From assembly GCF_900095195.1 (NCBI RefSeq), contig NZ_LT606950.1, forward strand, positions 366,164 to 398,163: a stretch of 32,000 bases of DNA, written 5' to 3'. A program made the position numbers and the translations under genes. Shown here in pieces: positions 10,508-18,115 of this stretch. The DNA is from Polynucleobacter necessarius. GTDB lineage: Bacteria; Pseudomonadota; Gammaproteobacteria; Burkholderiales; Burkholderiaceae. Every line of letters begins with the position of its first letter. Positions within the stretch are counted from its first letter, which is position 1. The notes beneath the pieces were generated by a model. It ran no database searches, had not been told where the DNA came from, and saw only the letters and a program-made list of their open reading frames with translations.

Positions 10508-11869
10508 TTATTGCGAAACTGCCTCGCGAATCATGCCAGCAGCAACAGTATGATTTGTGGCTTCGTCAATCAAGATAAACGCACCAGTACGCGGAGATTG
10601 GTCGAATAAGTCCGCAACAATCGGCTTTTGCAAAATAAAATCCACTCGCCCAATTTCATTGGTAGAAAGCGCATGGACATCACTGGCATGCGATAAGGTC
10701 TGAACATCCAAGACTTGTTGGATATTTTTAACCTTTGCGCCAACCGTATTGGTGGTGTGACGCAGCGCGTATTTACGACTCAGAGAGAGTGGCTCGCTAT
10801 CTAACCAGCATAAATCAGCGGAAAGTTGTTTGCTAAGTACGGGCGGATTGGTATCTTCAGCGCTAATAAATAAAGAGCCACGCGATACGTCAATATCCTC
10901 AGCCAATTGAATTGCTGCGGCTTCGCCAGTTTGAGCAGATTCCACAGCATTATTACCTTTGCTGCCTGAGCCATTCCCGAGATAAATCTCAGTAACCGTA
11001 GCTTCCGAGCCGCCTGGTAATACCCTAATCTTTTGGCCTTTGCGAACGCTGCCGAATTTAATCTCGCCGAGATAGCCACGGAAATCATCTGAAGCGCATC
11101 CATTCTGACGTGCTACATATTGCACGGAGAAGCGTAAGGCTAATTTTTCGGATTCAGGGCTGGTATCAAGACCTTCGAGTAATTCCAGCAGAGTAGAGCC
11201 ATTATACCAAGGGGTGTGTTGGCTTCTGGTAACAACATTGGCCCCAAATAAGACTGAGATGGGAATTAATGTTGGAGTGGGCAAACTAATTTTGCTGGCG
11301 AGGTCTTCAATGGCGGATTTGACGGTGTTGTAAACCCTCTCATCAAATTCAAACAAGTCCATCTTGTTGATGGCAAATGCCACGTGACGCAAGCCTAATA
11401 GATGCACAATCGCTGCATGACGCTTAGTTTGGGCGAGTAATGTCGCTGGGCTAGTGGTGAGATCAACGCGAATCGCATTTACTAATATGACTGCTACATC
11501 AGATTGGGATGCTCCCGTAACCAAATTGCGAGTGTACTGTTCGTGACCAGGAGCGTCAGCCGTAATAAATTTACGCTTCGGTGTTGAAAAATAGCGATAC
11601 GCTACATCAATGGTGATACCTTGTTCACGCTCAGCTTCCAGGCCATCAGTTAAAAGCGCCAAATCTACCACAGCATCAGAGGAGGTAACGCGCGCATGTT
11701 TCGTCTTAGAAATGGACTCAAGTTGGTCTACCAAAATCGATTTCGTGTCATAAAGTAGACGACCAATTAAAGTGCTCCTGCCATCATCAACGCTACCAGC
11801 GGTAATGAAGCGCACTACGTTTTGATGCGCATTTTGATATGCCGTACTGATCGATGAATGCTTGTACAT
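10508..11869 (-). CDS. cysN: sulfate adenylyltransferase subunit 1 (CysN)-like GTPase; ORF open but orphaned and probably non-functional
   Basis: This is residues 111-563 of the 563-aa track ORF, starting at an internal ATG (complement of 11867-11869). It has RFITAGSVDDG-R-STLIGRLL, DAPGHEQYTRN and NKMD. The P-loop Lys is Arg (AGG, complement of 11777-11779). The partner gene cysD is absent. Confidence 0.6.
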   Translation of the reverse strand: MYKHSSISTAYQNAHQNVVRFITAGSVDDGRSTLIGRLLYDTKSILVDQLESISKTKHARVTSSDAVVDLALLTDGLEAEREQGITIDVAYRYFSTPKRKFITADAPGHEQYTRNLVTGASQSDVAVILVNAIRVDLTTSPATLLAQTKRHAAIVHLLGLRHVAFAINKMDLFEFDERVYNTVKSAIEDLASKISLPTPTLIPISVLFGANVVTRSQHTPWYNGSTLLELLEGLDTSPESEKLALRFSVQYVARQNGCASDDFRGYLGEIKFGSVRKGQKIRVLPGGSEATVTEIYLGNGSGSKGNNAVESAQTGEAAAIQLAEDIDVSRGSLFISAEDTNPPVLSKQLSADLCWLDSEPLSLSRKYALRHTTNTVGAKVKNIQQVLDVQTLSHASDVHALSTNEIGRVDFILQKPIVADLFDQSPRTGAFILIDEATNHTVAAGMIREAVSQ

Positions 11870-12199
11870 CGTTCTCTTGAGGGTAGACTTTTTCGATTGC
11901 AACGCCATAGTGGTCTTCAGTTGTTTTGACCATATCGACGGTTTCTTGATGCAAGCGACCCGTCGCCAAGGTAAAAACTTGATATTGGCATTGGCCTTGG
12001 TAATCGCATCGGTAACGACCATGTCTTCAGCAGCTAGGCTGGTTGCAAAACGAACATCTGAAAACCGTTTAGATATATCGGACAGGCGCTTCTTTAAAAC
12101 AGTTGATTTATCAGCAAGTTCAGTTGGCGTAAGAGTGCTTGGTGGAATGGACCAAAAAGTCGGTTTTTCGAGGGAATTTTGAAGGTTTTGCTGGGTCAT
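11870..12199 (-). pseudogene. cysH: remnant of PAPS/APS reductase gene cysH (about 110 5' codons, frameshifted), fused to cysN
   Basis: Frame 0 gives RFATSLAAEDMVVTDAITKANANIK. A +1 frame then gives VFTLATGRLHQETVDMVKTTEDHYGVAIEKVYPQENDVQAFIDQYG, which are classic CysH motifs. The rest of cysH is missing. Confidence 0.8.
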
Positions 12200-12276
12200 T
12201 TACATACTCCGAGAGGGGGCAAATAGGCTGCCTCCAGCTCTGACACAGCAGTTTATTGGCTATTTTTATTACTTAC

Positions 12277-12311
12277 AAATATATAAAAGTCATCTTTTTA
12301 TATATAAAAGT
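12277..12311. repeat. AT-rich direct/inverted repeat in the former cysH promoter region
   Basis: ATATATAAAAGT occurs at 12279-12290 and again at 12300-12311, a 21-bp period. The spacer carries CTTTTTATATAT, the near reverse complement of the first copy. The repeat lies 80-110 nt upstream of the cysH remnant start. Confidence 0.5.
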
Positions 12312-12348
12312 AATGGAAACGAGTGATTTACCTGCCTAAAACTACTTT

Positions 12349-13265
12349 TTAATCCAAATCAATATCAGACTCAGGCTTGAGTGCCGCTTTTACTTTGGCT
12401 TCATCAAGCTTGGGTGAGCATAACTCGATGAATTCATAGGCAAATCCGCGCAAAAAGGTGCCTTTTCGTAGTGCAATCCGAGTGGTGTTGTCCTCAAATA
12501 GTTGGCCGACATCCAATAGGCTCAATTTTGTGTCTCGATCAGTTTGATATGCCATGGATGCGATGATGCCAATCCCCGGGCCTAATTCAACGTAAGTTTT
12601 TATAACGTCAGCATCAAGTGCGGACATTACGATATCGGGCGTAATTCCAGCTTTAGCAAAAGTTTTATCAACCAATTTTCTGCCAGTGAATCCTTCGTGA
12701 TAGGTAACGATCGGAAATTCAGCAAGATCTTCAAGAGTTAAATTTTGCTTACCTTCAAGAAGGCGGTCTTTCGGCACTACTGCAGTGTGGTGCCATGAAT
12801 AGTACGGAAACGTAACGAGCTCAGGAATGCCTTCTAAAGCTTCGGTGGCAATACCAATATCCGCCTGACCCTCTAGTAATAACTCCACAATTTCTTGTGG
12901 GCTGCCTTAATGAAGTGCTAGATGAACGCCCGGGAACTTCTTCTTAAATTGACTGACAACATTTGGCAGGGCATAGCGCGCTTGTGTATGGGTCGTTGCA
13001 GTTGTGAGTTGGCCTTTATCTGCCTGACTAAATTGAGCACCCAGCTGTTTAATGTTTTTAGTATCTAGCAAAATACGCGCGACGATCGTTAAGAGTTCTT
13101 TGCCAGGTTCGGTAAGGCCAAGAAGGCGCTTGCCTTTGCGGACAAAGAGCTCAATGCCCAATTCATCCTCGAGATCCAAGATGTGCTTACTTACCCCGGA
13201 TTGAGAGGTGGCAAGTGCATTGCCAACTTCAGTCATAATGATGATAATTCGATACGTAAATTCAA
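12349..13265 (-). pseudogene. cysB: LysR-type cysteine-regulon activator CysB, disrupted by an in-frame stop
   Basis: Track ORFs 12907-13407 and 12349-12888 are in the same frame. They read ...THTQARYALPNVVSQFKKKFPGVHLALH-TAA-GSPQEIVELLLEGQADIGIATEAL. The TAA (complement of 12907-12909) sits where CysB proteins have Gln. The first about 20 codons of the HTH region look shortened and frameshifted (..NLRIELSSL / IIIIMTEVGNALATSQSGVSKH). Confidence 0.85.
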
Positions 13266-13786
13266 ACCAAAGGACAAAAATACGATCAATCTTGGCAAGT
13301 ACACCATCAGTTGATTGATCCTCGGTAACAATATCCAACTCATGTGGGCGTGCACAGGCGAGAACGGAAGCGCCTTGAGAAATCGACTCTGATTGATCGT
13401 GCTTCAATTTGTCTTTACTAACTTCAATAACTCATGGACTTTATCTGCAATTTCTTCTTTGCTAGGACGCTCTTTGCGATTCTTGACTTGTAGGCCAAAG
13501 GCAACGTTATCAAATACTGTCATGTGCTTAAACAGTGCATAGTGCTGGATACAAACCCCACTTGACGATCTCGTACGGGGGTAGTGGAAGTGTCTACGCC
13601 ATCCAAAATAATGGTTCCACTATCAGGTGTTTCGAGGCCCGCAATAATACGCAACAGAGTGGTTTTCCAGCAGCCAGATGGACCTAGGAGGGCGACTAGT
13701 TCTCCGGAGGGAAAATCCAGAGAGACGTTATTTAGCGCAACAAAGTTCCCGAAGGTTTTGTTGATATTTTTTACTTCAATACTCAT
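13266..13786 (-). pseudogene. cysA: sulfate/thiosulfate ABC transporter ATPase CysA, frameshifted and internally deleted
   Basis: The N-terminus with Walker A is intact ([18 protein letters not shown]). At about 13545 VGFV-SSTMH replaces VGFVFQHYALF (a T is missing). The next frame gives [22 protein letters not shown]...LLKLVKTN*. It then jumps to KHDQSES...ARPHELDIV. The ABC signature and Walker B are absent. About 520 nt remain versus about 1050 expected. Confidence 0.8.
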
Positions 13787-14072
13787 AGTGGTCCTTCAAT
13801 TGCTGGGGCTGCGTTTGTTTCGAATTTCAGACGCCATTCCACATAGGTTTTGGCGGCTAGAGTTAATAGTGCTAATAGGGCTAATAAGGACGCCACAGCA
13901 ACTGCAGCGACAAAGTTGTATTCGTTATAGAGAATTTCAACCTGCAACGGAATGGTGTTGGTATAGCCGCGAATGTGTCCCGAAACGACCGAGACGGCGC
14001 CAAACTCACCCATGGCACGAGCGTTACAAAGGATGACGCCATAAAGTAGGCCCCACTTAATATTGGGCAAAA
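13783..14072 (-). pseudogene. cysW: 3' third of sulfate permease gene cysW (5' two-thirds and cysT deleted)
   Basis: [68 protein letters not shown] is nearly identical to the C-terminus I remember for CysW. Homology stops at about 14072. The stop overlaps the cysA ATG (ATGA, 13783-13786). Confidence 0.8.
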
Positions 14073-15423
14073 GCTTTGGATTTGAACAATTCATTCCTAA
14101 TTCATTTCTGAATGATTTGTCTAATCCAAGCAACGACCCATTAGTGAATCAAGTATTTCTGAATGAAGTGCCAGTTACTAAAAGTCAGAATACAGCGCTT
14201 GATCCATTATTGGTTCGAAAAGATTTTCCGATTCTTTCTGAGCGAGTCAATGGTCGTCAATTAGTCTTGTTTGATAACGTTGCGACAACCCAAAAGCCCC
14301 AAGCAGTGATTGATCGTATTAGCTATTTTTATGAGCACGAGAATCCCAATATTCACCGTGCTGCCCATGAATTAGCTGCGCGCGCAATCGATGCTTATGA
14401 AGGTGCTCGTGAAAAGGTAAGAGTATTTCTCAACGCTAAATCGGTTAATGAAATCGTTTTTGTGCGTGGTACGACCGAAGCTATCAACTTGGTATCACAA
14501 AGTTGGGGCCGCCAAAACCTCAAAGAGGGCGATGAAATCATTCTCAGTAATCTTGAGCATCACGCAAACATTGTTCCTTGGCAGTTGTTGGCCAAAGAAA
14601 AAGGATTAAGTATTCGTGTGATACCCGTTAATGATGATGGCGAGTTGCTGTTGGATGAGTATCAGAAGCTGTTCAATAGTCGCACTAAGCTTGTGAGTTT
14701 TACCCACGTATCCAATGCATTGGGTACGATTACGCCAGCTAAGAAGATTATTGAAATTGCGCATGCCGCTGGAGTGAGGGTGCTGCTGGACGGTGCCCAA
14801 TCCATTTCGCATATGAGAGTGGATCTGCAAGACCTCAATCCGGACTGGTTTGTATTTTCTGGACACAGGGCTTTTGGACCAACGGGTATTGGCGCTCTGT
14901 ATGGCAAAGAAGATTTGCTTAATGCCACTCAGCCATGGCAAGGTGGCGGCAATATGATTCAAGATGTGACGTTTGAGCACACCAAGTTTCATGATGCTCC
15001 AAGCCGTTTTGAGGCGGGTACAGGCAATATTGCGGATGCGGTAGGTTTTGGTGCCGCCAGTGATTACGTCAACTCTGTTGGCATAGATTTAATTGATCAA
15101 TACGAGCATCAACTCTTGTTATATGCAACCCGCTTACTCAAAGATGTTCCCGGTATTCGATTGATTGGGACTGCACAACATAAGGCTAGCGTTTTATCTA
15201 GCGTTTTATCGTTTGTGATTCCAGGAATCAAGACTGAGGATATTGGTGCGGCGTTAAATAAAGAGGGTATTGCAGTTCGCTCAGGACACCACTGTGCGCA
15301 GCCTATCTTGCGTCGCATGGGGGTAGAAACGACCGTTAGACCATCCTTAGCTTTTTACAATACTTGCAAGAGGTGGATAGGATGATTGCTGTATTGCATC
15401 GTATTCGCTCCCAGCATAGATAA
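14063..15423 (+). pseudogene. SufS/CsdA-family cysteine desulfurase, inactivated
   Basis: Class-V aminotransferase motifs are present: NVATTQKP, HHANIVPW and RSGHHCAQP. The PLP-lysine motif SGHK is SGHR (AGG 14867-14869). A 12-bp tandem duplication is at 15188-15211. A 1-nt deletion near 15366-15371 ends the ORF at 15385. The shifted frame continues (C)EEVDRMIAVLHRIRSQHR to TAA 15421-15423. There is no in-frame ATG at the 5' end. Confidence 0.75.
15188..15211 (+). repeat. in-frame 12-bp tandem duplication (AGCGTTTTATCT/AGCGTTTTATCG) inside the sufS-like gene
   Basis: Read directly from the sequence. It encodes SVLS-SVLS where family members have a single copy before SF(V/I)xxG. Confidence 0.85.
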
Positions 15424-15449
15424 CCATCAGTTTGGTTAGAGTAGAAATA

Positions 15450-15475
15450 AAAAGGCCACTGAAAAGTGGCCTTTT
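15450..15475 (+). terminator. rho-independent terminator after the sufS-like gene
   Basis: AAAAGGCCACT-GAAA-AGTGGCCTTTT, a perfect 11-bp stem with a T-tail. Confidence 0.75.
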
Positions 15476-15481
15476 AATCGT

Positions 15482-15735
15482 ATGAAAATGAATTATGCAA
15501 AGGGTTCTTCAAGCTCGGCATATGCGCTTGCAGGGGTTGGGTTAATTGGTTTATCAGTGCATCTTGGCTCAAAGAATGTTTTTTAGCAAACTTATATCTC
15601 CAAGGAGGCAGTCTATTAGACTACCTGCTAGGTTTAGGCATCGTTGGCAGTTTTGTTTTGGGAGTGGTGTTGATTGCCGGGCATGTGAGCAAGGAAGGTG
15701 TGGCTGAAAATTTTTACGAACATACACCATATTAA
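15482..15735 (+). pseudogene. candidate small two-TM membrane protein gene split by a frameshift in a T6 run
   Basis: ATG 15482 gives MKMNYAKGSSSSAYALAGVGLIGLSVHLGSKNVF, then TAG at 15584-15586. The -1 frame continues LANLYLQGGSLLDYLLGLGIVGSFVLGVVLIAGHVSKEGVAENFYEHTPY to TAA 15733-15735. One extra T in the run 15579-15584 would join them. It is flanked by terminators. No homolog recognised. Confidence 0.3.
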
Positions 15736-15752
15736 ATCAAATGCAGATAAAT

Positions 15753-15780
15753 AAAAAGGGTGCTAATGCGCACCCTTTTT
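15753..15780. terminator. bidirectional rho-independent terminator
   Basis: AAAAAGGGTGC-TAATGC-GCACCCTTTTT, an 11-bp perfect stem with an A-run on one side and a T-run on the other. It sits between the small + strand ORF and the 3' end of fpr (minus strand). Confidence 0.75.
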
Positions 15781-15804
15781 ATTAACTAAGAATTTAGTAT
15801 TCGT

Positions 15805-16581
15805 TTATTTTTCTACGAATGCACGTTCAAATACGTAGTCACCCAGCTGTCCAAGACTTGGTGAGACCTTAAAGCCTTTGGCATCAAGCATTTTTGACGT
15901 TTCTTTTAGCATGGATGGGCTGCCGCAAATCATGGCACGGTCAACTTCAGGATCAAGAGGCGGCAAGCCGATGTCTTTAAATAGTTGACCTGATTCAATA
16001 GCGGTAGTTAAGCGACCAGTGTGCTTAAAGGCTTCACGGGTAACGGTTGGGTGGTAGATGAGTTTTTCACGGATCAATTCGCCTAGATATTCATCTTGCG
16101 TTAATTCATTTTTAATGTAATCAGCATAGGCTAGCTCGCTAACTAAGCGAACCCCATGAATCAATACAACTTCCTCAAACTTTTCGTAAGTCTCTGGATC
16201 GCGAATAATGCTCATAAAGGGCGCAAGTCCAGTGCCAGTGCTAAATAAGTAAAGGTGTTTACCTGGGTTGAGGTCGTCAAGCACTAAAGTGCCAACGGAC
16301 TTTTCGCTCACCAAAATGGGGTCACCCACTTGGATTTTTTGTAGGCGTGAGGTTAGGGGGCCATCTTGAACCTTAATGCTTAAGAATTCCAAATGCTCTT
16401 CATAGTTCGGGCTAGCGACGCTGTAAGCGCGAACGAGTGGTTTGCCTTCAACCTCAAGACCAATCATTAAGAAGTGGCCACTACGGAAGCGTAAGCCTTT
16501 GTTACGGGTGGTGGTGAAGCTAAATAGGGTGTCGTTCCAGTGGTGGACGGTTAAAACGGTTTCGGTGTGATATGCGGCCAT
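15805..16581 (-). CDS. fpr: ferredoxin-NADP+ reductase (bacterial Fpr type)
   Basis: 258 aa with RAYSVAS (FAD-binding RxYS), LFSTGTGLAPF (NADP-binding GTG) and the C-terminal ERAFVEK typical of Fpr. Confidence 0.85.
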   Translation of the reverse strand: MAAYHTETVLTVHHWNDTLFSFTTTRNKGLRFRSGHFLMIGLEVEGKPLVRAYSVASPNYEEHLEFLSIKVQDGPLTSRLQKIQVGDPILVSEKSVGTLVLDDLNPGKHLYLFSTGTGLAPFMSIIRDPETYEKFEEVVLIHGVRLVSELAYADYIKNELTQDEYLGELIREKLIYHPTVTREAFKHTGRLTTAIESGQLFKDIGLPPLDPEVDRAMICGSPSMLKETSKMLDAKGFKVSPSLGQLGDYVFERAFVEK

Positions 16582-16735
16582 AACAAGCTTTTAATAAATT
16601 TGCAAAACCTTGATTATCCTCAAAATCTGCTCATTTTTTGAGGGTTTGATGGATTAACTTTTCATAACCAATGCACTTTTGGTAATAAGGCAGGTCTTTC
16701 TGCCGATTGAGCCCATCTCCCACTATGATTAAGGG

Positions 16736-17215
16736 ATGACTCGTGCTCAATACCTCTATCTCTCGTTCATTAGTCTTAGCTTGGTTATCTTTGCAGTGAT
16801 ATTGCAACAGGTTGGCTACCAAGGCGTCAGCTTTTTGCCTTGTCCATTGTGCATCTTGCAAAGAGTTGGGTATCTGGGCATTGGCATTTCTTGTTTATTT
16901 GCTGCGAGCTTCCATTCCTCGCGGAAGTTCTTTCACATCGTCGCCATTTTATCGGCTATATATGGCCTTGGCGTAGCTGCTCGTCATGTATGGTTACTAT
17001 CTCATCCTGGGGCTTCTTGTGGCATTGATCCCCTTGAGACATGGATTAATCAGTTTCAATTAGCTCAAGGTCTTCCATGGCTATTTAAGGCTGATGATCT
17101 GTGCTCTGCAAAACTTCCCGCAATTCTCGGGTTACAAGTTCCTGAATGGTCTTTGCTTTGGTTTACTTTTTTATTGTTGATCTTGCTAGTTACTTTTCTG
17201 AGAAGAGCAAAGTAG
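16736..17215 (+). CDS. dsbB: disulfide bond formation protein DsbB
   Basis: 159 aa with four hydrophobic segments, CPLCILQR (the CxxC pair) in the first periplasmic loop, and a second Cys pair (GASCG ... DDLCS). Confidence 0.8.
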   Translation: MTRAQYLYLSFISLSLVIFAVILQQVGYQGVSFLPCPLCILQRVGYLGIGISCLFAASFHSSRKFFHIVAILSAIYGLGVAARHVWLLSHPGASCGIDPLETWINQFQLAQGLPWLFKADDLCSAKLPAILGLQVPEWSLLWFTFLLLILLVTFLRRAK

Positions 17216-17251
17216 TGCGGATAAAAAATCTCACACCATGGGTCGTGGGAC

Positions 17252-18097
17252 TCAGCCTCCAATATGCAGGCAGACCCGTTGTTGGGTTTGCTGCACTGGT
17301 GGATTTGTTTTTGTCAGGGCTGGAGCTGTCAAAGTGGCTGGACTTCCGTAGAACTCTCCCTGTACCAAAATCCTCGAGTCATGAAATGCAAGTTGATCTA
17401 GATTCTTGGTAATCACAATATTAGCTTCACTGCTTGTACTCTTAGGCTGTTCAATATCGCTATAGAGATTCGCACCAGATTGCAAAAGGTGTCGTGCAAT
17501 TTTGATGTAATGAACGTGCGCTCTTTCGGATGAGCCCTGAAGATCGGTAATCGAATCTATATTGATAGCCACTTTTAATGAATTGAGTCGATTGTTTTGC
17601 AAAACAAAGTGGAGGCGTTTGGTATCTTTTACTAATGAAATTGGCAATTCAATCACGATTCGGTTTGGTGAGAACCCGAGAGCATCAACCACTTTTCTAA
17701 ATGCTGAGCCATGATTGTCATCTATGGCAGAGATGAGGCCCTCATGAACATTCAGAAATAAAAGAGCGTCATCAATGCCATGTAGCGTGAAGTTTAATAA
17801 ATGAATTGTTCGACACAGGCGGTCTAGACTGGTAATTTCGTTATCATCGACTGGTTTGGAAAAAAGGTCCCCAGGCTTTATTTGATTGCCATAGGCATCA
17901 ATGCAGCGAACAAATGCTTCATAGGCGTATGGGTTAACCAGATCTGTGGAGCGGAAGATTGGTTGAAATACGCTAGAAAGCGTTAAATTTTGCCAGCGAG
18001 CGCTGATCTCGCCAGCACCATTTAAAAATAATGGACGATTAACGTTATTACTTTTAAGGCCATCAATAAACAATTGGGTTTTGCTAGGAACTCTCAT
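17252..18097 (-). CDS. stand-alone EAL-domain protein with degenerate catalytic residues
   Basis: 281 aa, collinear with the EAL-domain consensus. Retained or altered positions: FQPIF...YEAFVR (EAL becomes EAF), FLNVHEG (Asn kept), IVIELPIS (ELTE becomes ELPI), VAINIDSI (DDFG becomes IDSI), YIKIA (KxD becomes KIA), VITKNLD (AEGVE lost), VQGEFYGSP (QGxxxxxP kept). Confidence 0.6.
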   Translation of the reverse strand: MRVPSKTQLFIDGLKSNNVNRPLFLNGAGEISARWQNLTLSSVFQPIFRSTDLVNPYAYEAFVRCIDAYGNQIKPGDLFSKPVDDNEITSLDRLCRTIHLLNFTLHGIDDALLFLNVHEGLISAIDDNHGSAFRKVVDALGFSPNRIVIELPISLVKDTKRLHFVLQNNRLNSLKVAINIDSITDLQGSSERAHVHYIKIARHLLQSGANLYSDIEQPKSTSSEANIVITKNLDQLAFHDSRILVQGEFYGSPATLTAPALTKTNPPVQQTQQRVCLHIGG

Positions 18098-18115
18098 TTG
18101 ATGGCCGATACCTTT

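Noticed and set aside
10508-12199. The 563-aa ORF as a genuine bifunctional CysH-CysN fusion enzyme
   Set aside because: CysH homology switches to another frame after about 75 codons and then stops mid-domain. The linker region (LPWRRVACIKKPSIWSKQLKTTMALQSKK) is just CysH read out of frame. It is a deletion scar, not a designed fusion.
13584-14036. 150-aa + strand ORF, plus the 106-aa ORF at 11862-12182
   Set aside because: Both are antisense to clearly homologous cysA/cysW and cysH sequence. They have low-complexity, Arg/Pro/Ser-rich composition and no start context, so they are shadow ORFs.
16618-16643. Hairpin CCTCAAAA-N10-TTTTGAGG in the fpr/dsbB divergent region, plus the 76-aa ORF at 16631-16861
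   Set aside because: The hairpin is real but has no assignable role; it lies upstream of both divergently transcribed genes (fpr and dsbB), not at the 3' end of any gene. The ORF is antisense to dsbB.
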